From Basidiobolus meristosporus CBS 931.73 (Eukaryota; Fungi; Basidiobolomycota): a stretch of 64,000 nucleotides of DNA. Shown one piece after another: positions 46,801 to 60,778 of this stretch. The stretch is from NCBI GenBank assembly GCA_002104905.1, contig MCFE01000392.1, positions 18,747-82,746 of the forward strand. Reading direction: 5' to 3'. The notes below the pieces were generated by a model, which did no database searches, was not told the DNA's origin, and saw nothing but the letters and a program-made list of their open reading frames with translations. Each line of letters starts with the position of its first letter. Position 1 is the stretch's first letter. The position numbers and the translations under genes were made by a program.

Positions 46801-48664
46801 ACCAATCTACCGACTACAGAGAAAGAATGCCCTATTTAACTGGGGAGAAGAGCAAGAAGAAGCCATGCAATTACTAAAAGAGGCCTTAGTATCTCCACCG
46901 GTTCTGAGACCTCTTGACTATCAGAACACTGAATGCCCACCTATCTTGACGGTGGATGCAAGCCCTGTAGGAGCTGGAGCACTACTTGGCCAAGATGATG
47001 AAGATGGTAACCGCTATGCCTGCAGATATGAGAGCTGCCTCTTCTCTCCTAGAGAACAAAGATACTCACAGATTAAGAGAGAGCTACCAGGAGTTGTGAA
47101 GATGCTGAGAAAGCTGAAGTCACAACTCTACATGACACATTTCATCCTGGAGACAGATGCTAAGCCACTTATAGGAATGATCAACAAGCCTGATCTACCT
47201 GATGATGCCACAAATCGGTGGATGGCATGGCTGAAAATGTTTGACTTTGAGGTCAGACATATCCCTGGCAAGACAAATGTTGTGGCTGATGCACTCTCCA
47301 GGAAGGGACCACAGTTGTCTGAAGATATGGACCCTGACTTTGATGACATAATTGATGCAGAAATCCGACAACTACACGTGAAGAAGCCCAGCAACTCTAC
47401 GTGGAACACCATTCAAGACTATCTGAGAACCTTAGAGAAGCCACCAGGAATGAGCCCACATGAATTCAGGAAGCTCAGGAAGAAGGCCCATCATTTCTAC
47501 ATAAAAGATGGCCTCCTCTTCAAACGAGTAAAGCCTGGACAGACACCAAGAAGAGTTATAGTTGAGCCCCAGGAACAACTGACTATTATGTCAAGCCTTC
47601 ATGAAGGAAGACCTGGTGGTCATAGAGGCAGAGATGCCACTTACAATGTTGTTTCCAGTAGATACTACTGGGAGCATATGTATCATGATGTCCAACACTT
47701 TGTTGAATCTTGTGACATTTGCCAAAGAAGGTCAACCAAGAGATATGAGGAGCCGCTCCATCCAACCTACACACCTTGTCTATGGCAGAAGGTTGGCATT
47801 GACCTGGTCCACATGCCAACTGCTGGAACCAAGAAGTACCTTGTTGTTGCCAGAGATGATCTGAGTGGGTGGGTAGAAGCTTGAGCCCTACCCAATAACA
47901 AAAGCCACACCATATGGAGATTTATTCTTGAAGATATAATATGCAGATTTGGCTGCATCAGCCAGTTTGTTGCTGACCGAGGAGAAATGACCTCAAATTT
48001 GATCCAGGAACTCTGCTCACAATACAAGATTCATATTGCCTTCACTACCGCTTATCACCCACAGGCCAATGGAATGGTTGAAAGAGGCCATGGCCCGTTA
48101 GTTAACTCCCTGGTCAAGAGCTGCAACAACATGACACTACAGTGGCCTACACAACTTCATCTAGCACTCTGGGCAGATAGAATCACTACAAAGCGCAGCA
48201 CAGGTCTATCTCCATTCAAATTGCTTTACGGACATGATTGCGTTCTTCCCATAGAGCTTGACTCAATATCCTGGAACATGCTAGAGTGGAGAACTACAAT
48301 GAGTACAGAAGAACTACTGACTACACGCATCAAACAGCTTGATCACCATGAACTTGATATTACCCAAGCAGCTGCTAAACTCAAAGAGACAAGACTTCAG
48401 AACAAGGAACCATTTGACAAGTCACATAGCCTTAGACCAAAGCCATTACTGCAAGGAGATCCAGTACTGCTCTATGATTCCACTTTAGACAAGCAGTGGA
48501 GTCGCAAATTTGACAATAAGTGGTCTGGCCCATATATTGTCTCTGAGGTGATTGGAAATGGAAGCTACTACCTGTCTGAACTTGATGGAACACTGCTAAG
48601 AGCACCTGTGGCAGGACACCGACTTAAGCTATTTAAGCACCGGAATTTCGCACATCACATTTAG
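43811..48664 (+). pseudogene. G2 single-ORF gag-pol (gag, protease, RT, RNase H, integrase) with one premature TGA at 47882-47884
   Basis: 1357-aa ORF (CIWCDSTQHARREC, IDSGSE, YDLYSGYDQI, FVDD, TVDASPVGAG, GGHRGRD...CDIC), then in-frame continuation including ORF 47987-48664 (TAYHPQANGMVER). The stop lies in WVEA*ALP, where Arg is expected. Confidence 0.95.
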
Positions 48665-48703
48665 TTTGCTTTGACCTGAGTTCAAAGCTGAGAGGGGGGT
48701 GGA

Positions 48704-49783
48704 TGTAGTGGGGTCACAGTGACACCCACAGGCAGATGTGCTCATTCTTATGCATTCACTTCCCTAAAAAGGATTACCCCGCCTATATTATTATCATCCC
48801 AAATTTGCAATATTTCCTATTTTTGTCTATGTGATTATTACTATGCAACCTGACAAACTATTTGTCCCTATTAACCCATTGCACAAGCTATTCTTATTCC
48901 TTGCCGAGATGCCAAGATAAGATAGTTACCTTATAAGGCAAGTACCCCAACAGTGCCCATGTCACGTGACCATCTTGGTTTCATAATCCCCCATCTCACT
49001 ACCATAAGAGGCAACCACATGACACAGAGGTTTCATGTTACCACTACCTGATTGGCTAGGTGCTACTATATCTCATGGAACAATCCGCCAAGAATTTGCG
49101 CTATTTTTAGTACACAAAGACATGATTGGTTGTCTACTACCTTCTGGAAACTTCCGGAAAGTATTTTCTAGCAAGAAATTGAGCAGCAAAAAAAGTATAT
49201 AAGGGAGGCTATCCCTTAAAATAAATCATCCCTCTTCCAATATTCCGACTTATTGATTAGTGAGATCACCGCTACCTATTACCACTATTTTCTGACTCAG
49301 ACCTGACAACACTCCCAGGAAACCGCGCTGACAGCCAACTGACCTTGGAGGCACTACTTGTGAGGAATACTCAGAGTAGGTATATTTTATTATATTTGTT
49401 TGTTTTCCCAAGTTTGTTCTTGTACAGGCAAAGATACTTTTCAGTCTTTGTAACTATTGGTCAAAGCTGCATTCTTATCAAGTCCCTGTTGGTGGAGTTT
49501 ACAGTTGTTTTGACTTTGGAAGCTTTAGTACATTGTCATCTCAAAGGACATCGAAGCCATTATAAACTTTTGTTAAGACGCCAACTAAGTTGGGGATTGT
49601 AGTTCAATAGTTTTCCCTTGACAAGCTTGAGGCTTTATCCCCCATCACATTAGATTAGACAAAAGACCCAGTATTCCTAGCAAGCTTTTGCCAGAGGTTA
49701 TTGCACCCAGTGAACACCCCACACACATTCACACTTGAGAAGTGTTGGCCGTATTTTCCCCTTTGGACTTATACACCACCACA
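48704..49783 (+). repeat. G2 3' LTR
   Basis: Direct repeat of 42591-43670, followed by TSD ACGT. Confidence 0.97.
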
Positions 49784-50909
49784 ACGTACAGAAGGCAGCA
49801 TGCAATTGCAGCAAAGTTGGTAAGCTATAAGCTATTGGCCAGACTATGGAATCAATTGGAAACCAGAGATACTTAAGATAGAGGGTATCTGTTGGAGCAA
49901 AAGCTTTCCACTGGGAGCAATGCATTTGCTTTTCAACAGTATTGCTATACTGATGACAAAGTTGTACATGGGGTGTTTCAAGCTGAATGAGCCCTTCAAG
50001 ATACTGGAGAAATTTAAAAGAATTGGCAAGTTTTTACAAAGCATCTGCTACCCTAAGTACTTCTCACACACTCCAATTAATATTCATATGCATATGCAAC
50101 AATACAAATGCAAAGACTGGATGATCTGGATATGTGTTTATTCAGGTGGCATTCTGAAGCCATTCCTACCAAGAGTACATTAGAAGCATTGGGAGCCATA
50201 TGTGGACATTGTAGGAATATATATCCAGAAGCAGATCACCAATGCCAACTTCACGCATCTACAGCTGTTGTGTGAGGAGTTTGTGACAGGATTTGAGTGG
50301 CTATATCACAAATACAAAGCTGAATGTGTAGATCTCTGCCACTACTGTAACTATTCTCTACTCCATCTTGCACAGTGTGTGGAGAATATTGGCCATGCTT
50401 CACCTTTTGGGAGCCTCCTATGGAGTGGATGTGTGGGGAGATAGGAAGACAAGTCAAGTTGCAAGTACCACCATATCCCAATCTCAGCCAGAATATTACC
50501 TTCAAGTCCATCATGGATGTGATGAGTTGGCACATGGAGGACAGCCAGGAAGAGTTGGAAAGTACTGAGGACAAATGTGCACATGGAGACACCTATGCCT
50601 ATGGCATTAAGAAGCTAAGCAGCCCCAATGTGTGGGTAATCAGTTAAGTAATGTGAAGTAGGGTTAGGTGCAACAAGCAACTAAATATTATCAGGAAAAC
50701 TCTACCAAGGTATGCCAGATTTCTCATGGTCACAAGCCAGCTTCTACACCATTCAATACAGAATTCACACAAACAAAGGCCAGAGCACACCTATAAGGGG
50801 GACTAGAATCCAGCAGGCAGAAGGAATATATTGGCTGAATACCAAGAAGTTCTTTGCGGATATTCAGGAGGTATTCATGGCAGAAGTGGCAGTAACCAAG
50901 CATTTGCTT

Positions 50910-51244
50910 ATGTATCCTATCAGCCACTGCACCTAATTGCTTCATTAATGCTTTGGTATGAGCTGGCAACATACTTGCTAATATAGGTGGTGGTGATGTT
51001 ATGGCAGCTACTTGCCGGTCTTCAACTGAGTGTACTGAGTTTGCTACATTCTCATCTGCCTGAGCCTAACAGTCAGCTTGTGGCTCCACAGAAGTTCTCA
51101 ATTACCTACCTTACTGAGAGCTTGAGGAGTTCATATTATCACCTTCAGTGGGCACACTGTCAACATGGCCTTTTTTGGATGCAGCCCTGCTTGCTGCACT
51201 GAATGTCAAAGCAAGCTGTTGTCCAACAATTCTTCTGCTGCAGT
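50910..51244 (+). mobile_element. Additional CMC fragment (region upstream of the transposase)
   Basis: Colinear with 41245-41540. Fused to the end of delta. Confidence 0.65.
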
Positions 51245-54200
51245 TGTAGTGGGGTCAGTGTGACACCCACAGACAGATATGCTCATTCCCATATTTTCTA
51301 CTACCCTTATATTAGTTTTATCCTATTTGTCTTACTTGATCAGTACCATCCCATAAGCCAGCTAACTATCACACTTGCTTACCTTATTACATAAGTTATC
51401 CCTCACTTTATGCAAGATTATTTGATGTAAGTGCTTCTATATTAGGCAGGTACCAATGCCAGTACCCATTACACATGACCAAACCATGTCACAATCCCTA
51501 CCACTTTCATACTGTATATGGTACCACTATGTTACAAAGGCTTCAGAATACTGATTCCTGATTGGTTGGGTATGTTGTGCATCTCAGAACCTTCATGTAC
51601 CTACTTAGAACATTCTTAGGTCATTCCAATGTCATTAAGATTTCTATTGATATCTGGAACCTTCTGGAACACCATGATTAGTAATCACTTAGCCAGTAAG
51701 AAAAGTATATAAGGGAGGCTATCCCTCAACAATAAATCATCATCCCTTTTATCCATATACCAACTTGTTGATTAGTGTGATCACTGCTACCTGCTGCTAC
51801 CTGAACTTCCAACCCCAGACCACAGGACACTCCCAGGAAGCCGCGCTGACAGCCAACTGACCTTAGAGGCACTACTTGTGAGGAATACTCAGAGTAGGTA
51901 TCTTTTATTATATTTGATTCTTTCCCAAGTTTGTTCTTGTGCAGGCAAAGATACTTTCTGCCGTTGTAACTATTGGCCATAGCTGCATTCCTATCAAGTC
52001 CCTGCTGGTGGAGTTTACAGTTGTTTTGACTTTGGAAGCTTTTGCACATTGTCATCTCAAAGGATGCTGAACCCAGCATGTGCTTTTGTTAAGACACCTA
52101 CTAAGTTGGAGATTGCAACTCAATAGTTTTCCATTGACAAGCTTGTGGCTTTATTCCCCATCACATTAGATTAGACACAGAACCCAAGTATTACTAGCAA
52201 GCTTTTGCCAGAGGTTATTGCACCCAGTGAATAGACTTGTTCTGTTGGATAGTGCCACATTGAGCTATGAGTGCCAAATGATGCCATAGTGTGCCAGAGA
52301 GGCCAAATGAGCCTATACTAGGCCACAGAGTGTGAAACATAGATCTGCATCTTCATGCAAAGCAGCCCCTGTGTTTCACCTATGATGCAGGAGAAAATCC
52401 ATTTTTTGATGTTTTTTTGTGGATCAATGTTGTGCAGGATGTGTAAGAACACAGAAGAACTGAAGACATGCATCAGGTTCTCAATATCCATGGCACTCTG
52501 AATCTAGCTCCTGTGGCTTGTAACATGTCACAACAATGCATGGCACTATCTTGGTCCACTGGTACTATCTGGCACTATATTTAAATATTAGCCCTAAAGT
52601 AAGATCAATACAAAGCACTTATAGTGCCAGATAGTACCAGTGGACCAAGATAGTGCCATGCATTGTTGTGACATGTTACAAGCCACAGGAGCTAGATTCA
52701 GAGTGCCATGGGTATTGAGTACCAAATGCATATTTTCAATCCATTTGTGCTCATACACATCCTGCACAATGTTGACTTAAAAAAAAAGGTCAAAAAATGG
52801 ATTTTCTCCAACACCATTGGTGAAACACAGGGGCTGCTTTGCATGAAGATGCAGATCTATGTTTCACACTCTGTGGCCAAGTATAGGTTCACTTAGCCTC
52901 CTTGGCACACTATGGCATCATTTGGCACTCATGGCTCAATGTGGCACTATCCAACGGAACAAGTCTAATACCCCACACACAAAACACTTGAGAAGTGATG
53001 GATGTATCCCTCCCTTGGACTTAAGCACCACCAAATATTTGGCACCCAACATGGGGGCTCATACAAGCTCCCTAGGACCCAACAAGATTTTGCAGAAGAC
53101 TTGAGCCAATACACACTTATTGAAAAGAGACCACCAATATTATCAAGATTACAACACCAACCTACTTACCCAGAGTGAGTTCTATGCCATTTCCACTCTC
53201 ACATGGAGTCCCACAATCTGATGGGAGCAATGTGGAAAGCTTCACATTCAAGTGGGAGAAGCACTGCAAGATGTGCAGCCTCTCTGATCAAGAAATGGCT
53301 GAAGACTTCCCCAACTACTGCACCAATCATATTACCACTAAGCTTCTCAGACAAGGAGACATTCTCACTGACTTGGCCTTAATGAAGACATATCTACAAG
53401 CCAAGTATGGCAGACCCCAAATATACTATGGAGCTTAATATCTGAGACACTTTGAAAGAACTGGACTTTCTGAGCTCCCACTTGAAGAGTTCATTCAGCA
53501 CTATGAAGACATGGCCAAGACACTCCTAGAGTCCCAAGCTATACCTGAGCTTACCATGGCACTTTACCTTGCACAAGGACTACCCCAGGACTTGGCAAAG
53601 AAAGTTGACCTACATGCAGCCAAGGATGACAAGTTTGGCATTCCATACTTTGCAGAGATGAATGTGTTCTCCTAGAGGCAAAACAGACTTCCACCTTTGC
53701 AAAACTCTTGAAGTCTAATCTGCCAGACCAGTTGACCAAGGAGCCAAGGAGTGCTGTTGCTGATAATCAAACCTATACTACCAACAGAGTTGACCAACTT
53801 GCTGAACAGCTGCAAAAGCTAGCCCTCAAGATTAATGGCTTGGCTGAAGTTACTACTTGGAGCCAAAGACCTCCACCCAGACACTGCATCTGGTGTGATT
53901 CTACTCAGCATGCCAGAAGTGAATGCTCAGAGCTTAGTTAGCTGCTTAGAGAAGGGACTGTACAGTTTGATGCTGAAGGAATGCTTGCGGACAAGGAAGA
54001 AAGAAGGATCCCCACCAATTTCCAAAGAGGAGGGATGAGAGCTCTTTTGCAGAAATCTGACTCAGCAACCAGAAAGATTACAGTTGTTGCCCCTGTTGCC
54101 ACTCATACAGTGAATCCAAGCAGTCCTGACAACAGACAATACAAAGTTGATGCCTTTGCTACCAAAAGACACCTCCCTGAAGAACATGTTAAACCCATGC

Positions 54201-54627
54201 TCAGAAGACCACAACTTGAAGAGCCTGAAGTTGTCATCAACAAGGGACCTAGTATGCTGCCCACCCAAGTTCCATTACCTCACTTTCAGATGACCTCAAA
54301 GAGAGCAAGCTACTCAAGCCCTCAACTGATTACTGAGAAGCTCTTCAAATAAAACCTCCCTTTGTCTATTGGAGAGATCATGAGTGTATCCCCATCTGTT
54401 AGGAAAACCTTTAATGAGCCCCTTAGAACAAGACAACAAGCTCTTGAACACATGGACACTTGTATAACTCAGACAAGCCATGAAGACCACAAAAAGAATG
54501 ATTACAGTAGTGGGTATAAGACCTTTTACTCAGGTACAACTGCAGTGGTGAAAGGATACATATATGATGACCCTGTTGACTGCCATTTTGGCAGTGGTTA
54601 AGAGATTTGCCTGATGGCACTAGACTT
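51245..54627 (+). mobile_element. Older, 3'-truncated G2-related gypsy element: 5' LTR (51245-53035, containing a MITE), PBS, degenerate gag to protease start
   Basis: LTR starts TGTAGTGGGG and is similar to the G2 LTR. ORFs 53175-53438, 53708-53941, 53981-54352 and 54362-54601 match the G2 gag. Confidence 0.9.
52233..52966. mobile_element. Foldback MITE (734 bp) sharing termini with the PHIS element
   Basis: AGACTTGTTC...GAACAAGTCT. TSD AAT (52230-52232, 52967-52969); removal restores cagtgaatacccc (cagtgaacacccc in G2). Whole element is an inverted repeat around a 42-nt loop. Confidence 0.92.
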
Positions 54628-56096
54628 TGTTGATGTTCTGCACTTGGTCTGTATCCATACCATGCTTCAAATGGAGTAGAATCACAAAGTATTATGTTAT
54701 AGCTCCTATTTTTAAAGTATACAGTTGTGGCAACTGATTCTGCCCAAAAATCATAGGATAATTTTTGATCATGGATCATAGATCTTGCCATATTAATTAT
54801 TGATCTGTTTGCACATTCTACTACTTCATTTTGCTATGGGGAGTATGGTACAGTAGTCTCTTGCTTTATCTCATGAATTTTGCAGAAGTGAATGAAGAGT
54901 TTTGAGGTATATTGTCCACCATTGTCAGAGCATATTTTCTTGATTTTTTCACCAGTTTCTCTCTCCACCATTGCTTTAAACTCCCTGAAATTAGACAGAG
55001 CTTCTTCCTTTCTCTCCATGAAGTAAATCCACATGTATCTTGTACAATCATCAATAAAAGTGATTAAATACTTCATCCTGTCTTAGGATAAATTTGCATA
55101 GGTACACACAGACCTCAGTGAATTAGATCTGATTTTTTCTTAGTTTTGATTAGCCCAGAGCTCTTAAACTATTGTCTGGCTTGTTTCCCATATATGCAGC
55201 CTTCACAGTGCTCCAGATTTGCTGGGGGGTCAATTTTTACTGCAGAAATTAGCTGATCTTTGATCATTTTGCGCAAATAATCAAAATTGATGTGCCCAAA
55301 TCTTCTGTGCCAAAGCTTTGGTGTTTTTTCATTTAAGTTACTTATATTGCTTACAGATATGATGGAATATAAGTCAACTTGCATAGATTCTGATCTTTGA
55401 TACCCAAGGCAATATGGACACCATTTTGATCAGTGATACTGCATCCAGAATTGTCAAAGCTGAAACTGAGTCCTTCTGCTGTGGCCTTGCTTACAGAGAG
55501 TAGGTTCTTGGCTATTGCTGGTACATAGAGTTCTTCTTTAAAGGTCACTGTATGGCTTCCTTCACTGCTTCTAAGGTTTACTTGGATAGTTCCTTCTCCC
55601 ACTGCATCAAGTATTCTACCATCCCCCATGAAAACCTTCTTGATTGGAATTTCTTGGTATAGGGTAAAAAGTCCTTTTTGGTGTCTAGAGTATTAAGATG
55701 CTCCAGAGCCAATGTACCACTTCTGAGAATCCTTGTTAGTGGTCATATTTATTGCAGATGTGAATAGGCTATCTTCAGTTGTTGCAGCACCTCCATATTC
55801 AGGATTTTTTGCTGATTTCTCTTTTTGAGACACCAGTCTAATGTGAGTCCTTTCCTTTTCCAGCAGTTGCAAAACAGGTGGCTGTTGCCTTTGTAGGGAC
55901 TTGGGTACCTCCTTTGTTGGTTATCATTGCTTATTAAAGCACTTTCTTCTTCCTTCTTATTAGCACTTGTTTTTCTTAATTCTTCATCCAGGAGCCTTCC
56001 ATATACATAATTTAAGGTCATATCTTCAGTTCTGGACTCCAGGGCTGATACAAGGCCCTGAAACTTGTCTTTCAGGCTATTCAGGATGGTTACTAT

Positions 56097-59000
56097 TGTT
56101 GTAAAGATTTGTATTTCCACCTAAATATTCACCTAACTTAGTCACTTAGATCATCACCTTCAAATCCTAGAGAATACTGACCAAATTCCTAGTTGGGATT
56201 TACTTAGAATATTTTCACCAAAATACCAGGTACCCAGAACATGAAAATTCTCAAAGTTGTCCAAACAGCCCCAAACTTTGCACACATGTTCTTTGGACCT
56301 TCCTTAACCTATTCTACATGTTTGTATTGCCAAGACCCGGTAAAAGTATAAATACTACTTTTATATTCAACAGATCATTAAGTGAAAACCACATAATCTA
56401 CTTGTTCTCCCAATCACTTCCAATATCTCCAAGACTCTTACAACAGGTTATGAGACCCAAGCTGTTGCTCTCTGCAATGTCTACTACTGCTATTACTGGA
56501 ATTTTTCCCTCTGCTGAAAAGTTGGATGGCTCTAACTACCAAGTGTGGAAGGTGAAGATGAAGATGCTGCTTCAAGAAAGAGGCCTTTGGGATATTGTCA
56601 TGGGAGAAGAATGCCCTCCTAAAAGCATGGGAGAGGAAGCCTTAAAGTACCAGAAGAAAGAACAAAGTGCCTTTAACTGCATATGCCTTAATGTCAAGGA
56701 CAAATTGCTAATTCAATGCTCAAGAGCAAATACGGCAAAGAATGCCTGGAAAGCATTAGAGGGCATCTACCAGTCATGTTCAGCTGCCAAGGAAATGTAT
56801 CTGAGACAAAAATTCTTTACTACAAAGATGCTGCCTGGAGAAGAAATGAAAAATTGAATTAACACAATTACCCTGCTGGTAGATGAGATGGAATCTGTGG
56901 GCGTACCAACTGCTGATGAGGATGTGATAGTTACCATCCTGAATAGCCTGACAGACAAGTTTCAGGGCCTTGTATCAGCCCTAGAGTCCAGAACTGAAGA
57001 TTTACCTTAAATTACATATATGGAAGGCTCCTGGATGAAGAATTAAGAAAAACAAGTGCTAATAAGAAGGAAGAAGAAAGTGCTTTAATAAGCAATGATA
57101 ACCAACAAAGGAGGTACCCAAGACCCTACAAAGGCAACAGCAACCTATTTTGCAACTACTTCAAAAGGAAAGGACACACATCAGACCGGTGTCTCAAAAG
57201 GAGAGATTATCAGCAAAAGAAGCCTGAATATGGAAATGCTGCAACAACTGAAGATAGATTATTTATATCTGCACTAAATACAACCACAAACAAGGATTCT
57301 CAGACATGGTATATTGACTCTGGAGCTTCTCAACACTTTACACACCAAAAAGAACTTTTTACCCAATATCAAGAAAATCCAATTTAGAAGGTTTTCATGG
57401 GTGACAATAGAACACTTGATGCAGTAGGAGAAGGAACTATCCAAGTAAACCTTAGAAGCAGTGAAGGAAACCATACACTGACCTTTAAAGAAGTACCCTA
57501 TGTACCAGAAATAGCCAAGAACCTACTCTCTGTAAGCAAGGCCACAGCAGAAGGACTCAGTTTCAGTTTTGACAATTCTGGATGTAGGATCACTGATCAC
57601 AATGGTGCTCATATTGCTTTGGGCATCAGAGATCTGAATCCATACAAGTTGACTTATATTCCATCATATCTGGAAGCCAATATAAGTAACTTAAATGAAG
57701 AAACACCAATGCTTTGGCACAGGAGATTTGGGCACATCAATTTTGATTATTTGCGCAAAATGATCAAAGATCAGCTAATTTCTGGAGTGAAAATTGATCC
57801 CCCAGCTAATTTGGAGCACTGTGAAGCCTGCATATATGGGAAACAAGCCATACAACCGTTCAAGAGCTCTGGGTTAATCAAAACCAAGAAAAAATTATAT
57901 CTAATTCACTCAGGTCTGTGTGGACCTCTGCAAAATTTATCCTCAGGCGGGATGAAGTGTTTAATCACTTTTATTGATGATTATACAAAATACACATGGG
58001 TCTACTTCATGGAGAGAAAGGAAGAAGCTCTGTCTAAGCTCAGGGAGTTTAAAGCCATGGTGGAGAGAGAAACTGGTGAAAAAATCAGGAAAATATGCTC
58101 TGACAATGGTGGAGAATATACCTCAAAACTCTTCATCCACTTCTGCAAAATTCATGGGATAAAGCAAGAGACTACTGTACCATACTCCCCACAGCAAAAT
58201 GGAGTAGCAAACAAGCTAACAGATCAACAACTGATATGGCAAGATCTATGATCCATGATCAAAAATTATCCTATGATTTTTGGGCGGAATCAGTTGCCAC
58301 TGCTGTATATCTTAAAAATAGGAGTTATAACAGAATACTTTGTGATTCTACTCCATTTGAAGCATGGTATGGATACAGACCAAGTGCAGAACATCTAAGA
58401 ATATTTGGGTGTACAGCATATGCCAAAAAACTGGCCGGAAATCAGTCAAAATTTGAGCCAAAAAGTGTAAAATGCATATTTTTGGGCTACTGCAATGAGA
58501 GTAAGGCATACAGACTCTACAATACCAAAGCAAAGAAGCTGATCAAGTCCAGGGATGTGTTGTTTGATGAAAATTCAAAAATTTCACAAAAAATGACATC
58601 AGATGATGACAAAAATTTGATCTCAAGTCCACCAATTGTCTGGATTGAATCAGAGAAAAACAATGAAAAATTTTTCAATCCAGAGGACTCTACAACCATT
58701 GTTCAGCCAGAATCAGTGCCCAGAAATATCCCAGAAGTGATCATTCCAGTATCAAATGCCCGGAGATCCAATCAGACAAGAAATAGCCCAAATTACTATA
58801 TTAATGAGGGTACAAACTTAGCCTATGCCTATTCAGTCCATGTTGATGAACCCCAGACTGTAAAAGAGGCCCTAAATAGCCCTCAGACAAAGTTTTGGAG
58901 ATCTGCAATGACTGAGGAATATCAGGCACTGATGGAAAATCAAACTTGGGACTTAGTCAAATTACCAATCAACCAAAAATCAATTGGATGCAGATGGGTC

Positions 59001-60778
59001 TTCAAGACAAAATACAAGGCTGATGATACAATTGAAAGATACAAAGCAAGACTTGTAGCCAAAGGATACTCTCAAACAAAAGGACTTGACTATACCAAGA
59101 CCTTTGCACTGGTACCCAAGTTTAATTCCATCAGATCAATATTGGCTATTGAAGCCAAATATAAGTTTTTTATTCATCAAATGGATGTAAAAACTGCATT
59201 TTTGAATGGAGAACTTGATGAGGACATGTATATGGACCAGCCTGATGGGTTTATTGACCAAGATAACCCCCATTTGGTCTGCAAGCTTAAAAAGTCACTA
59301 TATGGTCTCAAACAATCACCAAGAGCCTGGAATTGCAAGAGAGATTCTTATTTGGAATCATTGAGTTTCAAAAGGAGTAATGCTGACTATAGTATATATT
59401 ATAAGCCAGATAGAGCAAAATCTAGTTCTATTAGCTCTATATGTGGATGATCTTATTATAGCCACCAATAACCTAGAAATATTGGAAGAGACTAAATCCA
59501 GCCTATCTAAGGAGTTCAAGATGTCCAATCTAGGAGAACTTAGTTACTACTTAGGGATTAAGTTCTTCATAGACAGAAGTACCCAGACTATTACCCTAAG
59601 CCAATCCCAGTATATTCAAGATATACTAAAGAAGTACAAAATGGAAGACTCTAAACCAGCAGCTACCCCAATGGAGACAAACCTTAACTTGGTCAAAACT
59701 CAACCAAATCTAGAGAGCTTGGTGCCATCTGAAAGCCCTGACTTTCCTTATCAATCTTTGTCGGTAGTCTGATGTATATCATGGTTGGAACATGTCCAGA
59801 TATCTCATATTCAGTTGGAGTTGTCAGCCAACATAATCAGAATTATGGATCTGATCATATTGCAGCAGTTAAGCAGATTTTTAGATACCTGAAAGGAACT
59901 GCTGATATCTGCTTAAGATACACTTATAAGGATTCAGAACAGGACCTTGTGGGATACTCTGATGCTGATTGGGGACAAAACTTGGAAGACAGAAGATCCA
60001 CCACAGGATACACCTTTCTTTACTGTAAAGGAGCAATTTCATGGAATTCAAGAAAGCAACCAACTGTAGCACTTTCTACTACAGAGGCAGAGTATATGGC
60101 AGCCTGTGAAGCTACAAAAGAAGCAATGTGGCTAAGAAAGCTCTTTACAGACTTAGGCCTATGTCAAAAACGCCTATTACTTTATTTCAAGATAATCAAG
60201 GATGTATACAATTAGGTAGAAATTCAACTTTTCATGCTAGAACCAAGCACATAGATATTAGACATCATTTCATATATGAAGCTATAGAGAATAACTTAGT
60301 TGGCTTAGTTTACTGCTCTACAAATGAAATGATTGCAGACATATTTACCAAACCATTAGCTAGAGACAAGTTTGAATATCTTAGGTCAAAATTAGGACTA
60401 GCCAGTATGAACATTTAGCTGAGTGGGAGTGTTCTAAAAATTTGTATTTCCACCTAAATATTCACCTAACTTAGTCACTTAGATCATCACCTTCAAATCC
60501 TAGGGAATACTGACCAAATTCCTTGTTGGGATTTACTTAGAATATTTTCACCAAAATACCAGGTACCCAGAACATGAAAATTCTCAAAGTTGTCCAAACA
60601 GCCCCAAACTTTGCACACATGTTCTTTGGACCTTTCTTAACCTATTCTATGTGTTTGTAATGCCAAGACCAGGTAAAAGTATAAATACTACTCTTACATT
60701 CAATAAATCATTAACTGAAAACCACATAATCTACTTGTTCTCCCAATCACTTCCAATATCTCCAAGACTCTTACAACA
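56097..60778 (+). mobile_element. Full-length Ty1/copia family C copy 1
   Basis: 349-bp LTRs (56097-56445, 60430-60778). TSD ACTAT. PBS GGTTATGAGACCC at 56446. PPT GAGTGGGAG 60421-60429. Confidence 0.96.
56477..60418 (+). pseudogene. Copia C1 gag-pol with multiple stops and frameshifts
   Basis: Pieces 56477-56857, 57397-58251, 58236-59450, 59380-59772, 59772-60215 and 60128-60418 carry copia gag, protease, IN, RT and RNase H motifs. Confidence 0.93.

Larger units (their letters stand above)
42591..49783 (+). mobile_element. Full-length, very young Ty3/gypsy LTR retrotransposon, family G2
   Basis: 1080-bp LTRs (42591-43670, 48704-49783; one difference seen, 43437 G vs 49550 A). 4-bp TSD ACGT. 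PBS 43675-43692. PPT AGAGGGGGGTGGA 48691-48703. Confidence 0.97.
39232..50909 (+). mobile_element. CMC/EnSpm copy delta: left terminus CCCTATGAAAGATTATT, accessory ORF (-), transposase remnants (+); interrupted by an LTR piece and gypsy G2
   Basis: Left end matches the right termini at 24944 and 11290. 41400-42013, 42305-42590 and 49788-50909 are colinear with alpha. Right end missing; right boundary approximate. Confidence 0.82.

Noticed and set aside
48664-48703. env-like or chromodomain region in G2
   Set aside because: Integrase stops 26 nt before the PPT, leaving no room. No chromodomain motif is seen.
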